From Eledone cirrhosa (taxonomy: Eukaryota), in the NCBI GenBank assembly GCA_964016885.1, contig OZ024743.1:48484001-48548000 (forward strand): a stretch of DNA of 64,000 nucleotides. The letters are read 5' to 3'. The notes below the pieces were generated by a model. The model made no database searches. It was given only the letters and a program-made list of their open reading frames with translations, and was not told where the DNA came from. The position numbers and the translations under genes are program-made. This document shows, in pieces, positions 27,020 to 39,365 of the stretch. Each line of letters starts with the position of its first letter. The stretch's first letter is position 1.

Positions 27020-27900
27020 GCTGCTGCCATCATCTCTCCTGTTCATTATTTACATGAACAAGATTGACATGCACAGCTGGGTTGGAAGTGGTGTCATGAC
27101 TGGTGGGTTTAAAATCAGTCGGCTGGAATTTGCAAACTACATAGCGTTATTTAACTTAACAGAAAATGATCTTCGACTTACATTTGATAGGTTTGATGCC
27201 GAGTGCTGCATGGCTGGGATGAAAATCAGTGCTGCGAAAACTAAGACACTCGTCTTTTCGAGGAATCCTGCGCAGTGCACTCTACATGTGAATGGAGGTC
27301 CACTGAAGCAGGTAGAGAAGTTCAAGTATCTTGGGGTCGTGTTCATGAGTGATGGAAGGCAGGAGGCTGAATTAAGTGCAAGAATTGCAGGAGCTGGTGC
27401 AGTAATGCGCTAGCTTCAGCAATCAGAAAAAGGGATGTAGGCGTAAACACCAGATTTGGTATTTATGCGAACCCTTACCTATAGTCATGAATCTTGGGTA
27501 ACAACCAAAAGAATACGATTGTGATTACAAGTGGCCGAAATGGGATTCTTCCGAATGGTCTTTGGAATAACGTTACTCGATAAAGTGTGTAGCTCGGAGA
27601 TCAGTCACTCCAGGTAGAGCCACTATTTCTCCAAATTGTGAGATTACAACTCCAATACTATGGGTATGTGGCTAGAATGTCTCAGGAAAGAATCACTGGA
27701 CAGATTTTACAGGCAAAAACCAACCAGCAGGAGACCCAGAGGTAAACCTGGGCAAGATGGTTGATAACATCCATGAGCTTGGCTGGTCTCACTTGGGGAT
27801 CCAGCCGGGTCAGTTGGAGATGCTTGCTTCTGATAGGACCTACTGGAAGGAGTGTTTGATGACTCTGTCCCCACAACCCTCTCAGGAATAAGTGGGTGAA
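27020..27900 (+). mobile_element. RTE-clade LINE family 2 (no PHD insert), decayed 3' part
   Basis: SSLLFIIYM...LEFANY...GMKISAAKTK...VEKFKYLG in ORF 27000..27413. Related fragments at ~31210-31400 and ~47815-48290. Confidence 0.85.
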
Positions 27901-28492
27901 GAAAAAACTATTGTTTTTATACCTCATTAAACCCTTTCTACACGAAACCACTTGAAACTACCCCCAGTTCTACAATGCAAAACTGTTTCTTTTAAATTGT
28001 ATATATTTATCTAAAATGAAGTGATAAATTACACTGTATGACCTTTGGTAGTGAAATTCATTCAATTTTTCTTTCAAATTTCCATGAAGCATTATAGATT
28101 TATCTGTTTTATGGTTAAGTCATTTTTGGAAATATTGTCTTTAACCCTTTTGCATATTTCTATTGAAAGATACTGCCAATGAATTTCAAATAATTTTGAA
28201 AATAATTAAGAATGGGAAGAAATTTCATATATAAATTAATTTTTTCATTATTAAGCTGGTGTTTGGAACATAGCAACTTCAAACTATATTGGAAGACTTT
28301 TAGATGAATATAAACAAACACTTCAGAATGTACAGTTTCAGGCACTTTATCAAATTGATTAATTTGTTCTATTATTTCTGACAGTGATAGTTTAGAATGT
28401 AAACTCTTTTATTTGTTATTCTTAGGGATGTTTCAAGTGTGTGTGTGTGCTTTTCATTTTGTCATTTTTGGCTAAATTTAACTATGGATTAA

Positions 28493-28736
28493 CCCTTTTG
28501 ATACCAACCTATTTGAAACTCCCTGGTTCCACTATAGAAAAGTGCCTATTTGAAAGTGTTCATATATTAAAACCTTCCAAAGGATTTTATATAAGAACTC
28601 TTTGTCAAGAAATGTTCCAAACATCAGCTCAATAATGAAAAAGTTAATTATATTACTAAATTTCTCCATTTATTTTTTCACTTTTAATTGAAACACATTG
28701 ACAGTGTATTTCATTAGAAATATGGTAACAAAAGGA
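28493..28736 (+). mobile_element. piggyBac-type MITE family A copy
   Basis: TTAA|CCCTTTTGATACC...GGTAACAAAAGGA|TTAA, ~13-bp imperfect TIR. Confidence 0.8.
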
Positions 28737-29559
28737 TTAAGATTTTCTATCATGATTAATGCTGAGAAATAATCAAAAAACATTCTGTAATCTTAGTTTT
28801 TTGAATAGATTTAAAATGTTGATACTGGAAATTTAATCTGATTAATTCAGTTGTTCTTCAAATATAAGACTTAGCCAGTGTAGTGGTGTGTGGAGAAGTA
28901 AGGTAGGTAGTGAAATTTAAAAATTAACCAGGAATCCCAACCTGGAGAGGCTTGTAGTGATAGCTGTTCCAGTAAAAAAATTTTTTTTTAATCATAAACA
29001 GCAGTCTTTTACTGCTTGAGTAGCACATAGCAGGTTACTTCGTTTTTAATGCACCAGCCAGTTTACATATGTATATATGTCTAAGTAATCAATATAACTT
29101 TGTAATTCACTCTGTTCATACTATCTGCTTTCTTTTTTAAATTCCATTAGCATTGCTTCCTATTGCTGACTTTTTCTACTTAACTATGACCAAGTTTGGA
29201 TGTGGGTAGGCCTTGATCTAAAATTGGAAGCAATCTTAAAGGAAAGGAAATGTGTCAAAAATGTTTTAGGTTATAGGAAAATCCTTTTTATTTAGTTTTA
29301 AAACACACGCACACGATGGACTCTCATTGTATTTCAACGTGTAAGGGTTCAATAGTCTTCATAGTTCTTTTTTTTTGGGGGGGGGGGGATGCCTTAAATG
29401 GCATTTCAGTTCAGCTGCTGATTTACGCACAGCAAGTTGCATTTAGTGCAGATGGCAGGAACTTAAAATATTTTAGGTCACACCTGTGTGTGGTGTCATA
29501 GTCATTCATGTGTCAATCCTTGAATCTAGGATTGCCTTATGGTTTACAGGTTGTTGAAA

Positions 29560-30330
29560 AAAGCTAAGATCAAATTTTAAATTCATAAAACCCAAGGACG
29601 TCTTGCCATGTTTGATAGTCATTTCCAACTCTATCATTCAAATCTCCCATTATGATGAACTTGTTCTTGTATGGAACAGGATGAAGTTGATCATAGAATG
29701 TTTTGATATCCTGCTCAGATGAATAGAGAGGCGTAGCAACTGACTAGTGTGACAGAGGTTTATTTGCTAGATCCAGAGGCAGCGTCATGATATAATCACT
29801 GACACTTTTAGGGAATGATGTTAGGGATTTAACAATGCCAGATCTAATGATAAAACCAACACCAGATTGATGGTGTTGCTCTTCGCTTTTTTTCTGGACT
29901 AGAAGGCTCTGTACCCTTCTGTATTTCTTCCATTTGGGATGAGCCAGGGAGTGAGATTTCACTTATGGCACAGATATTGATATTAAATCTATTAAGTACA
30001 TTGCAATGAGGGCTGATCTTTGTTCCAGATTTGAACTGCTGCCCCAATGTTCTAACATCCCAGGAACCAAAAGTTAAATTCTTTGTTTTCTTTCAAATGC
30101 ATATTTGGATAACCAGACAGCTGCGGTCGACTGCCAGGTTAAAAGATTGAGCAAGCATTTGTTTAAGGCTCCTTTTATTGCCCACCTCTTGTATAAGGAA
30201 AGCAGTGTTATCTCTAAAAAAAACCTGCTTTGTCACCATCAGAGAACATGAACAGCATAAATTACTCATATTTTGTTGAAGAATGGCCATCACCTAATGG
30301 TTGCTACTGTGTAGAGCTCCAGTTAAGGAT
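29560..30330 (-). mobile_element. RTE-type LINE 5' region / AP-endonuclease remnant
   Basis: Minus-strand pieces NFGSWDVRTL, NINICAISE, SGVGFII and FIIMGDLN, with frameshifts. Confidence 0.7.
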
Positions 30331-31474
30331 ATCCTGTAATACCCTTTACTTGTCCCTGTTGCCTTTGCTCTCTGCCTGAGGGATTTGTGTTAATGATAAA
30401 CTGGTTGAGCTACACACACAAATTGTTTATAGTGGTGAAGGCTTGTGTTGGACCAGTCACACTATTTTGAAATGTTAACAAAGGATTTATGCAAAAGTTT
30501 GTCACAAATCCAGTGGATGGCTGTTGATTAAGAGTTTTTTTCTACTCTTTTTAATGAACTTTGTTTTTCGGTCTGTAGGATGTTCGAAATCACCCTCCTC
30601 ACCAAGCAAGCTTGGTGGTGTTGCTAGTTGAGTCAATGATTAGCCGACAAGTTCTACAGGGTTACATGTTACCAGTAGTGCTAAAAGGTGACATGTTATA
30701 TACTGTGAAGTATGTGTTACATAATTGGAAAGACCTGGAATGAAAATTCAAACGAAAATTGTCTCCTCTGCAACAGTTTAATTTGAGTTGTCACCCAGCT
30801 ATCGCTGTCTATTGTGCAGAATCCAGTCAGCTCATACACACTCTGTTGTCACCGCAGCCATACATGGAGTGAAAATACATTGAAACACATATCCTTGAGT
30901 ATGGTTTGCTAATTTATTGTGGAACTAATTCTATATCAAACTCGTCCTTTTGACTGATTGCTCTACTTACTATGGATATAACCTCTTGTTTTTTTTATCA
31001 CTATATTTATGTATATATGTATATTTATATTTGTATATATATTTTCTTGGGAGCTGCAGGTGTCACCCATTGCTCCATCTCCCCAAGTAGTTTACTGCTG
31101 TTGGTCTGGGCTTGCTTATTTGTCCAGCAGTTGCCTGCTTATATCAGCACTAGCCAGCGTAATGCTATCTGCCACCTGTGACCCGTTCTCTAGCAGAACA
31201 GCTCTGCCGAGAATGTCTCAGGAAAGAATTGCTGGACAGATTTGAAGGGCAAAACCAATCAGCAGGAAACCCAGGAGTAAACCCCGAGCAAAATGCCTGG
31301 CTGATCACGCTTGGGGATCAGTTGAAGCCAGTTGCTTCTGACAGGACCCGCTGGAAGGAGTGATGACTCTACTCCCACAATCTTCTCGGGAATAAGTGGG
31401 CAAAGATGTATATATATGTAGGTTTGCGTGAATATATGTATATATATATATAGGTTTGTGTGTGTATATGTATA

Positions 31475-31944
31475 TATATAAAGAATGAATAATAACAGGT
31501 AGACATCATAAAAAGATAATTTATTCCGTGTGCTTACAAGTGTTTCCACGGTGGTACTGCAGCCTAGTTATGCTATGTGCAAATTCACAAGTACTTGCAG
31601 AACTCAAATATCCAATGCTGTGACCACTGTTTCCTCAGAGCAGAGGAAACAGTGGTCACAGCATTGGATATTTGAGTTCTGCAAGTACTTGTGAATTTGC
31701 ACATAGCATAACTAGGCTGCAGTACCACCGTGGAAACGCTTGTAAGCACACGGAATAAATTACCTTTTTATGATGTCTACCTGTTATTATTCATTCTTTA
31801 TATACACTCTGGAATACAGAAGGATCAGGAACTAAGTTTCTTCAACAATTCTTCCATAACTCGTAGAGTAATCTCTTACCGTACGTCAACCATATCCAGT
31901 GTAGTAATTAACCATTACTACATCTTGGATAATCCTATACCTAA

Positions 31945-31945
<1 letters not shown>
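31475..31945. mobile_element. Fold-back Penelope-type pLTR element, 162-bp palindromic arms
   Basis: Arms 31475-31636 and 31643-31804 (2 mismatches, 6-nt spacer). The minus strand of the left arm carries UGCU-CUGAGGA...GAAAC-ACUU-GUA|AGCA. Confidence 0.75.
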
Positions 31946-31979
<34 letters not shown>

Positions 31980-32184
31980 GTTTGTGTGTATATATATATA
32001 TATATATATATTATGGAATACTCTTGGCTTTTCGCTACAATGTTTTCTATACCTTTCATTTTTATATATATATATATATAGTTTTGTGTATATATATATA
32101 TATAGGTTTGTGTGTGTGTGTGTGTGGGTGTATATATATATATATATATAGGTTTGTTTGTGTGTATATATATATATATACACA

Positions 32185-33247
32185 CTAACTAAGAACATAG
32201 ATTTTACATGTGGCTGGTGCTCTGGTGCAATAAGTAGCAGCAAGTGCCCACAAAATACTAGCTCTTTCAATTGCGCAGAGGGTTCTATAGAAATAGTGGA
32301 CAGCTTCCGTTACCTGGGTGACAAAATCAGCAGTGGGGGAGGGTGCTCTGAAAGTACAGTAGCTAGAGTCAGAACTGGATGGAAAAAGTTCAGAGAGCTT
32401 ATACCACTATTAGCCGCTAAAGGGTTCTCCCTAAAAATGAAAGGCAGGTTGTATGATGCCTGCATACGAACAGCAATGTTGCATGGCAGTGAGACCTGGG
32501 CATTGTGTGCAGAGGATATACGCAGACTAGAGAGGAACGAAGCTTGCATGCTCCGCTGGATGTGTAATAGTAATATACGTGAACGGCAAAGCATAAACGA
32601 ACTAAGGAAAAAATTAGAAATAAGAGGGATCAGATGTTGTTTACTCGAGAGAAGGCTACGTTGGTATGGTCACGTGATGCGCATGAAAGACGACGGCTGT
32701 ATAACAAAGTGCAGGGCAATAAAGATAGACAGTAGCCACGGAGTAGGCAGACCCAGAAAAACCTGGGACGACCTGATAAATTCCGACCTCACACACTTAC
32801 ACCTCTCCAAGACAATGTCACTGGACCGAGATCTTTGGCGGTACTCAGTAATAGAGAAGACCCGCCTTACCTAAGTACTAAGTAAAACCTACTACAGTCA
32901 GTAGGCATATCTAACAAAATACACGCCGTCCCACCACCCCATCCACACCGCCCCTTTCAATGTAAAGTTATGTTGGTGCCACAACATCCAGGCCGAAACA
33001 AATGAGATTGTGTAGGTGTCACGACAAAAAAAACACAGTCCACGCTGTAATGTGGCCGTGTAGGCAACACGGTAAAAACCTCCCAGCCCCACACTGTAAA
33101 TGTGGTTGGTGTTAGGAAGGGCATCCAGCTGTAGAAAATCCGCCAGACAGTCCTATGCGAGCAAGACAACCACTCTTGCCTCAAGTGGGAAAATTCCCGT
33201 CCAAACCCATGCAAGCGTGGAACATGGACGTTAAACGATGATGATGA

Positions 33248-33250
<3 letters not shown>
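32185..33250 (+). mobile_element. RTE PHD-family subfamily 1, 5'-truncated (copy B)
   Basis: ORF 32158..32874 is nearly identical to copies A and D. Full 3' UTR ending TTAAAC(GAT)n. Confidence 0.93.
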
Positions 33251-33280
<30 letters not shown>

Positions 33281-33406
33281 TTTGTGTGTGTATATATATA
33301 TAGATTTGTGTGTATATATATATATATGTATATATATATATAGGTTTGTGTGTATATATATATGTATATATATATATATAGGTTTGTGTATATATATATA
33401 TACACA

Positions 33407-36118
33407 CGCAGAGGTATCCACAGTAAGTTGTGGGGTCTATTCTGCATGAAGAACTCGATGTAATGCATATGTTGAAAATGTTGTAGGTTATGATAAATCT
33501 CGAAAAATAATAAAACATTAAAGAGGAAAACAGAGTCATGATATAACTTAAAACAATGAAATAAAAAATCAAATCATTAGAGATATACTTCACTGCTTTA
33601 CGATCATTTCTAGATGATGATAATACAGTGTAGCTATACTCCGTTATTGATCTATGTAAGGTTAGTTATAAAAATATCAGATAAAGAGAATATTTACTTA
33701 CATGCATATCACCAGCTGTTTTCAAAAGCAATAATAATTTTATTCAGAATTAGTAGTATGTTAGTATCATGTCCTTATTTGGATGTAGTTGAAGAACTAA
33801 CCAATCAAATTGTTTTTTTCATATGGTGTTAAGATGAAAAGTAATACACTTTAGTTGAGGTCATGACCCTTTGAAAGGAATGGTTGAATGGTGCTAATAG
33901 TAGAATTAGCATAAAAATCTATTAGGAGGAAAGGGATTGTCAAACTGATAGTTGAATGTATCTGGTATAGTGAAGTTAAAAAGAATGTCAAAATAAATGG
34001 TGATTAGTGTTGTATTGAGTTTTTAGGTGAATATAAATTAAGGTTATGGTTATACACATATATATACATATATACACATACATAAATATATATATACACA
34101 CACACACACATAAATATATTTCCATATCATACATAGATATATATTTATTCATGCAATTACCGGTGGTTGTGTACCTTGTTGCCTTTAGTCATTAACGCAT
34201 AAACCTAAGGAAGCTAAAACATTAAAAGGTAAAAACATAAGCATGAATGCATATAATTAGGGGAAAGGGGTACTAATAATTGTTACTCTATATAGAAGAA
34301 TTATAGTGAGTTGCTATTTAGAATATTTAATTAGGTTTATAGTATTTAAATGTTCTTCGTATACAGTGATTACAAACTATGATCAGTTCCTGCCTTTTAT
34401 TTAATAAATCGTCCTTAGATTTAGTAATTTCCAAGATCTCCCTTGAACATAATCTGCATTCCCTCCTGTTCCCAAGATATGGAGTTCTTTGTAGAATGGT
34501 GTTCCACGATAACTTAAAATCTATTTTTTTCTTTTTATAATTATTTACCGCTTCAGCTAAAGATGTGGTGTTAGCTAGTTTAGTATTGTTGAAACTACTA
34601 GAGTGTGCGTAAAATCTTTTCTTAAATGTGTTTGATGTAGATCCTATATATGTCTTGTTGGAGTCTGTAGTAGACACAGTGCATTTATATATTACATTAT
34701 TAATCAAACAGTTGCCATTTAAGGGGAAAATGCTTCTATTTCTGCAATTACAGCCATTCGTAAGATGGTTGTTGGGGGTGCCTATACTATTCTCATTAAT
34801 CCTTGAGCTATTCCTATTGTAATTAATGATAGCAGGAGAATGAAGGTTGCTTTGTGGGTGGTTTGGTGCTAGGGTTGTATTGTGATTTTTGTGTTCTGTT
34901 GTTTTTGTGTTGATGATTTGGGTGGTTGTGTTTTCTAGGTTGAAGGATTGTATTATTTGCCTTTTTAAAAGGTGCAGTCCTATTTAAATTATGTTGTGGT
35001 GGTGTAGTCATATTATTTTAAAGTTTATAAATGTTGTAGTTACTTATTTTTTGCTGGAGATTGCTTGATGTAGAGTATGAGAATTTAACAGTATATTTGT
35101 TAAATATTTGGTGGAAAATGTTGATGTAGAATTTCAAAGAATTTTTTGGGGATTTGTCCAATAGTTTGCAGGTTGAAGGGTGTGTTGTAGCATGTTATGT
35201 TTCTTTTGTGGTTTTTAGTTAAGTTCTTATTATTGTGTTGTGTTCTAGAAGAATTCCTATGGTTAGTATCCTTATTTGTGGAATTTGGTAAATTACCGTG
35301 GTTGTATTTGATGTTATTTTTGGGTAGATTATGAGATTTTGAGTGCTTGGTATTCATATGTGGGTTGATAACATTGGTCATAGATCGTGTAGTAATAATT
35401 GTTGTGGTTTTTCAGTTGTTTGGTGTAATAGGAATAACCACTTTAGGTATTTGTTTCAATGGTATTTTTTGGTGTTTGTAGTTTTTGCTAGGTTTTATGT
35501 TTTGGTCCATAGTAGTGTTGGGAATATATGAGATTTTTTCTTTATATCCACTTCTAGTTAAGGCCTCGTTGTAGAAGGGTGCATTATTATAAAATATATC
35601 TTCAATGGAAGATAATTTAGAAAGTCTAAGAGATATGTTATATACTAAGTTCTTGAGTATAGAGCCAGGGTGGTTAGATCGTGAATGTACATAATGTAGA
35701 TTCTGGTTAGGTTTGTGGTAAGGTTGATAAGTATTCGTAGAGAGGTCTAAGGTAACGTCAAGGAAATTAGCTACTTTTAAAGTGGTTTCAAAAGTGATGC
35801 TAAGGCTGTAATAGTCCTTGAGGAATTTTCTAATTTGTTTTTTGTTTGTCTCTATATTGGAATTGCTAAGATTGTTAGATAACAATGGACAATCATCCCG
35901 ATGAAGACCAGCTTTGAGGTGGGAAAAAGAGTCATGAATGTTATAGAGGAGAAATAGTCCAACAAGGTCTGTAACTTGAGCTGAGTCCATGGATCCCATT
36001 GTAATATCGAATAAGTTGTTATATGTGTTTCTTGTTCAGTATTCTTCTTGGAAGTTTAGTAAGGTTTTTCTAGCATGAGTTATGATGTTGATTTCCTCAG
36101 TAGATAAATCCGATTTAT
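33407..36118 (-). mobile_element. Penelope-like retroelement (RT + C-terminal GIY-YIG endonuclease), decayed and 5'-truncated
   Basis: ORF 35412..35999: MGS..SAQVTDLVGL, HRDD, NFLDVTLDL, YVHSRSNHP. ORF 34327..34707: VIYKC...TYIGST..FKKRF.AH...CRLC...LLNKRQEL..CNH. Confidence 0.88.
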
Positions 36119-36309
36119 GTATATATATATATAGGTTTGTGTGTATATATATGTATATATATATATATAGGTTTGTGTGTGTATATATATATATATATAT
36201 ATAGGTTTCTGTGTTTATATATATAGGTTTGTGTGTGTATATATATATATAGGTTTGTATGTGTATATATATATATATAGGTTTGTGTGTATGTATATAT
36301 ATATAGGTT

Positions 36310-36359
<50 letters not shown>

Positions 36360-36480
36360 TTTGTGTGTGTGTATATATATATATTATATATTATGAAATA
36401 CTGTTGGCTTCACGCTCACAATAATTTCTATACTTTCATTTATATATATATATAGGTTTGTGTGTGTATATATATGGGTT

Positions 36481-36560
<80 letters not shown>

Positions 36561-36981
36561 TTTGTGTGTATATATATATATGTATATATATATATATAGG
36601 TTTGTGTATATATATAGGTTTGTGTGTATATATATATATGTATATATATAGGTTTGTGTGTATATATATAGGTTTGTGTGTATATATATATAGGTTTGTG
36701 TGTATATATATATATAGGTTTGTGTGTATATATATATATGTATATATATATAGGTTTGTGTGTGTATATATATATATGTATATATATATATAGGTTTGTG
36801 TGCGTATGTATATATATGAAAAAAAATGGGGAGAAGAATACTGCAGGTTGCACATGGATAACATGTTATAAAATGAGTCCCTCATCAGTGATTTGCCAAC
36901 GATCATAGATATTTCATTGCATTATATATATATATATATATATATAGGTTTGTGTGTGTGTATATATATATATATGTATAT

Positions 36982-39365
36982 GGCAGGTTTTCTATGGCTG
37001 GATGCCCTTTCTAACACTAACAACATTTACAATGTGGACTGAATGTTCTGTGACACCAACATAACTTTACAGAGAAAGGGTAGTGTGGTTGGAAGTGGAA
37101 GGATGTGGTAGTGGGATGGGGTGTATATTTGTTTACGGGGTGCCTACTGACTGTAGGTTTAACTTTGTATGTAAGGGAAGGCGGGTCTTCTGTATTACTG
37201 CGTAGCACCAAAGGTCTCAATCCAGTGATATTCTCTTAGAGAATTGTAAGTGTGTAAGGTCAGGTTTTATCATGTCGTCCCACGTTTTTCTGGGTCTACC
37301 TACTCCATAGCTTCCATCAATTTTGATCGCCCTGCACTTTTTTTATACAGCTGTCATCTTTCATGCGCATCACGTGACCATACCAACGTAGTCTTCTCTT
37401 AAGCAAACAGCTAACAGTGATATTAGCTCTCTGAACTTTTTCCATCCCGTTCTAACTCTGGCTACTGTACTTTCAGAGCACCACCCCCACCCCCCTCCAC
37501 TGCTGACTTTGTCACCCAGCTAATGGAAAGTGTCTACTATTTCTATAAAACAAACTGGGCAGTTGGAGCTAGTATTCAGTGGGCACTTGTTACTTACTGC
37601 ACCCGAGCATCGGCCACATATACAATCTACATTCTTAGATAGCTTACCTGTGATCCCACTACATCTTTTATGTACCCATAGTTTGCATTGGAGCATAGAA
37701 TGGAATTTCTACCTACTCCTTTCCTACACACTGAGCATGGCTATTTCCCAGAGGGCACCTGTGCCCTATTCTCCTTTCTACATACTAGAACTTTGGTCTT
37801 AGACAAGTTAACTTTAAGGCCTTTTGATTCTAGGTCATGATTCCATGTTTGGAATTTCTTCTCTAGTTCAGCCATAGAGTAAGCTATGAGGGTTAGATCA
37901 TCTGCATATAGAAGTTCCGTTGGGCAGCCAGTCTTAAACTCTTCTGTTATATCCTGTAGGGCAATAATAGATGGGGGGGGGGGGGGGGGGCTAAGGACAG
38001 AGCCTTGATGAACACCTACTTTTATGCTAAACTCTTCACTATATTCATTGTTAATTCTAACCTTGCTGACTGTTCCTCTACACATGGCTTTTATAGCTCT
38101 CACAAGCCACTCATCTACTCCTAGTTTTCTAAGAGCCCACCAGATAATGGAGCGGGAGAGTCTGTCAAAGGCTTTCTCCAAGTTAACAAAAGTTAAGTAG
38201 AGGGGTTTACTTTTAGCTAGGTACTTCTCCTGTAGTTGCCGTACAAGGAAGAGAGCATCCGTGATACTTTTACCTGGCACAAATCCAAACTGCATTTCAT
38301 CTAGATCAATTCGGTCTATAATCAGTTGTGCAATAACTCTTTGTGACCTTCATGACCTGGTCAACTAACTTAATGCCTCTATAGTTTTCTCTATCTAGAG
38401 CGTCTTTTTTGCCCTTGTAGCAGTTAACGATGATGCTGCTACGCCACCATTCTGGACACATTTATCTCCAACAACATCCTGATTTGCATTGACACACTGC
38501 CTTGCAATGTGGAACACCACACGCCTCTAATCTTCCCATCGCAGAACATTGGCAAACCTCCTACTCTCAGCCTTCCTGCGTGCTAAGTACATCTGACGTC
38601 TAGCTTCTCTCTTAGCGGCTGTATATCCTTCTCTACTCCCACCCTTTTTTCAAGCCTTCTATGCTAGTTTTTGTCTCTAATGGCCCTATCTACTGTGCTG
38701 TTCCACCACCAGGTTACTCTGTCTGGTTGGAGCTCTGCTCCAGTCACAAATTTCATCAGTAGCCTGCAGTAAGTTGTCACGTAAGAAATTCCAGTTATTA
38801 TCTATGTCATACGGCTCTAAATCGTCTTCTTTTTCATCATACACATCTTGAAGGGCCTTCCTAAATTTGTATTTTAGTGAAAGGTCTTTTAGCTTCCAGA
38901 CCTTTCTTCTCCACACCTTCCTGTATGTCTCTTGCTTACTGAGATATCACTAACGACTAACCTATGCTGTGGGGTACATTCTTCCCCAGGGTATGCCTTG
39001 GTATTTGACACCATCTGCCTATCCCGCTGCCTAACTAGTAAGAAGTCAATCTGGCTTATGTGCTCACCTGATTTGTAGGTTGTAAGGTGGTTGGCAGGTT
39101 TCTGAAGATAGTGTTGCAAATAGTCAGTGTACTTGCATCACAAAATTCAAGAAGTCTCACTCCTTCTTCATTTCTTGAACCGTGCCCACCATGTACTCCA
39201 GTGTAACCATCCTGGAGCTGTCCAACATGACCATTGAAGTCCCCTGCTAGCATAACGATGTCTCCGTTCTCTGTCATTGCGGCTGTTTGTAAAAGTTGCT
39301 TGTAAAAGCAGTCTTTCTCTTCTTTGCCTAGACCTGCTTGGGGAGCATAGGCAGAGATGATTGTC
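36982..39365 (-). mobile_element. RTE PHD-family LINE, older copy with endonuclease and RT remnants (copy C)
   Basis: AGDFNGHVG and SQIDFLL..PQHRLV (AP endonuclease); QFGF, LEKAFD and LLYADD (RT). Frameshifts and internal deletions. Confidence 0.9.

Larger units (their letters stand above)
31408..36980. repeat. Compound satellite AGGTTTGTGTG(TA)n, fragmented by nested insertions
   Basis: The same unit occurs at ~31410-31475, 31945-32184, 33250-33405, 36118-36815 and 36922-36980. Confidence 0.85.

Noticed and set aside
36118-36908. YIYI/CVCV/THTH-rich ORFs (also ~2320-2650, 7930-8200, 31890-32270, 33180-33590, 63365-63972)
   Set aside because: Microsatellite translation artefacts.
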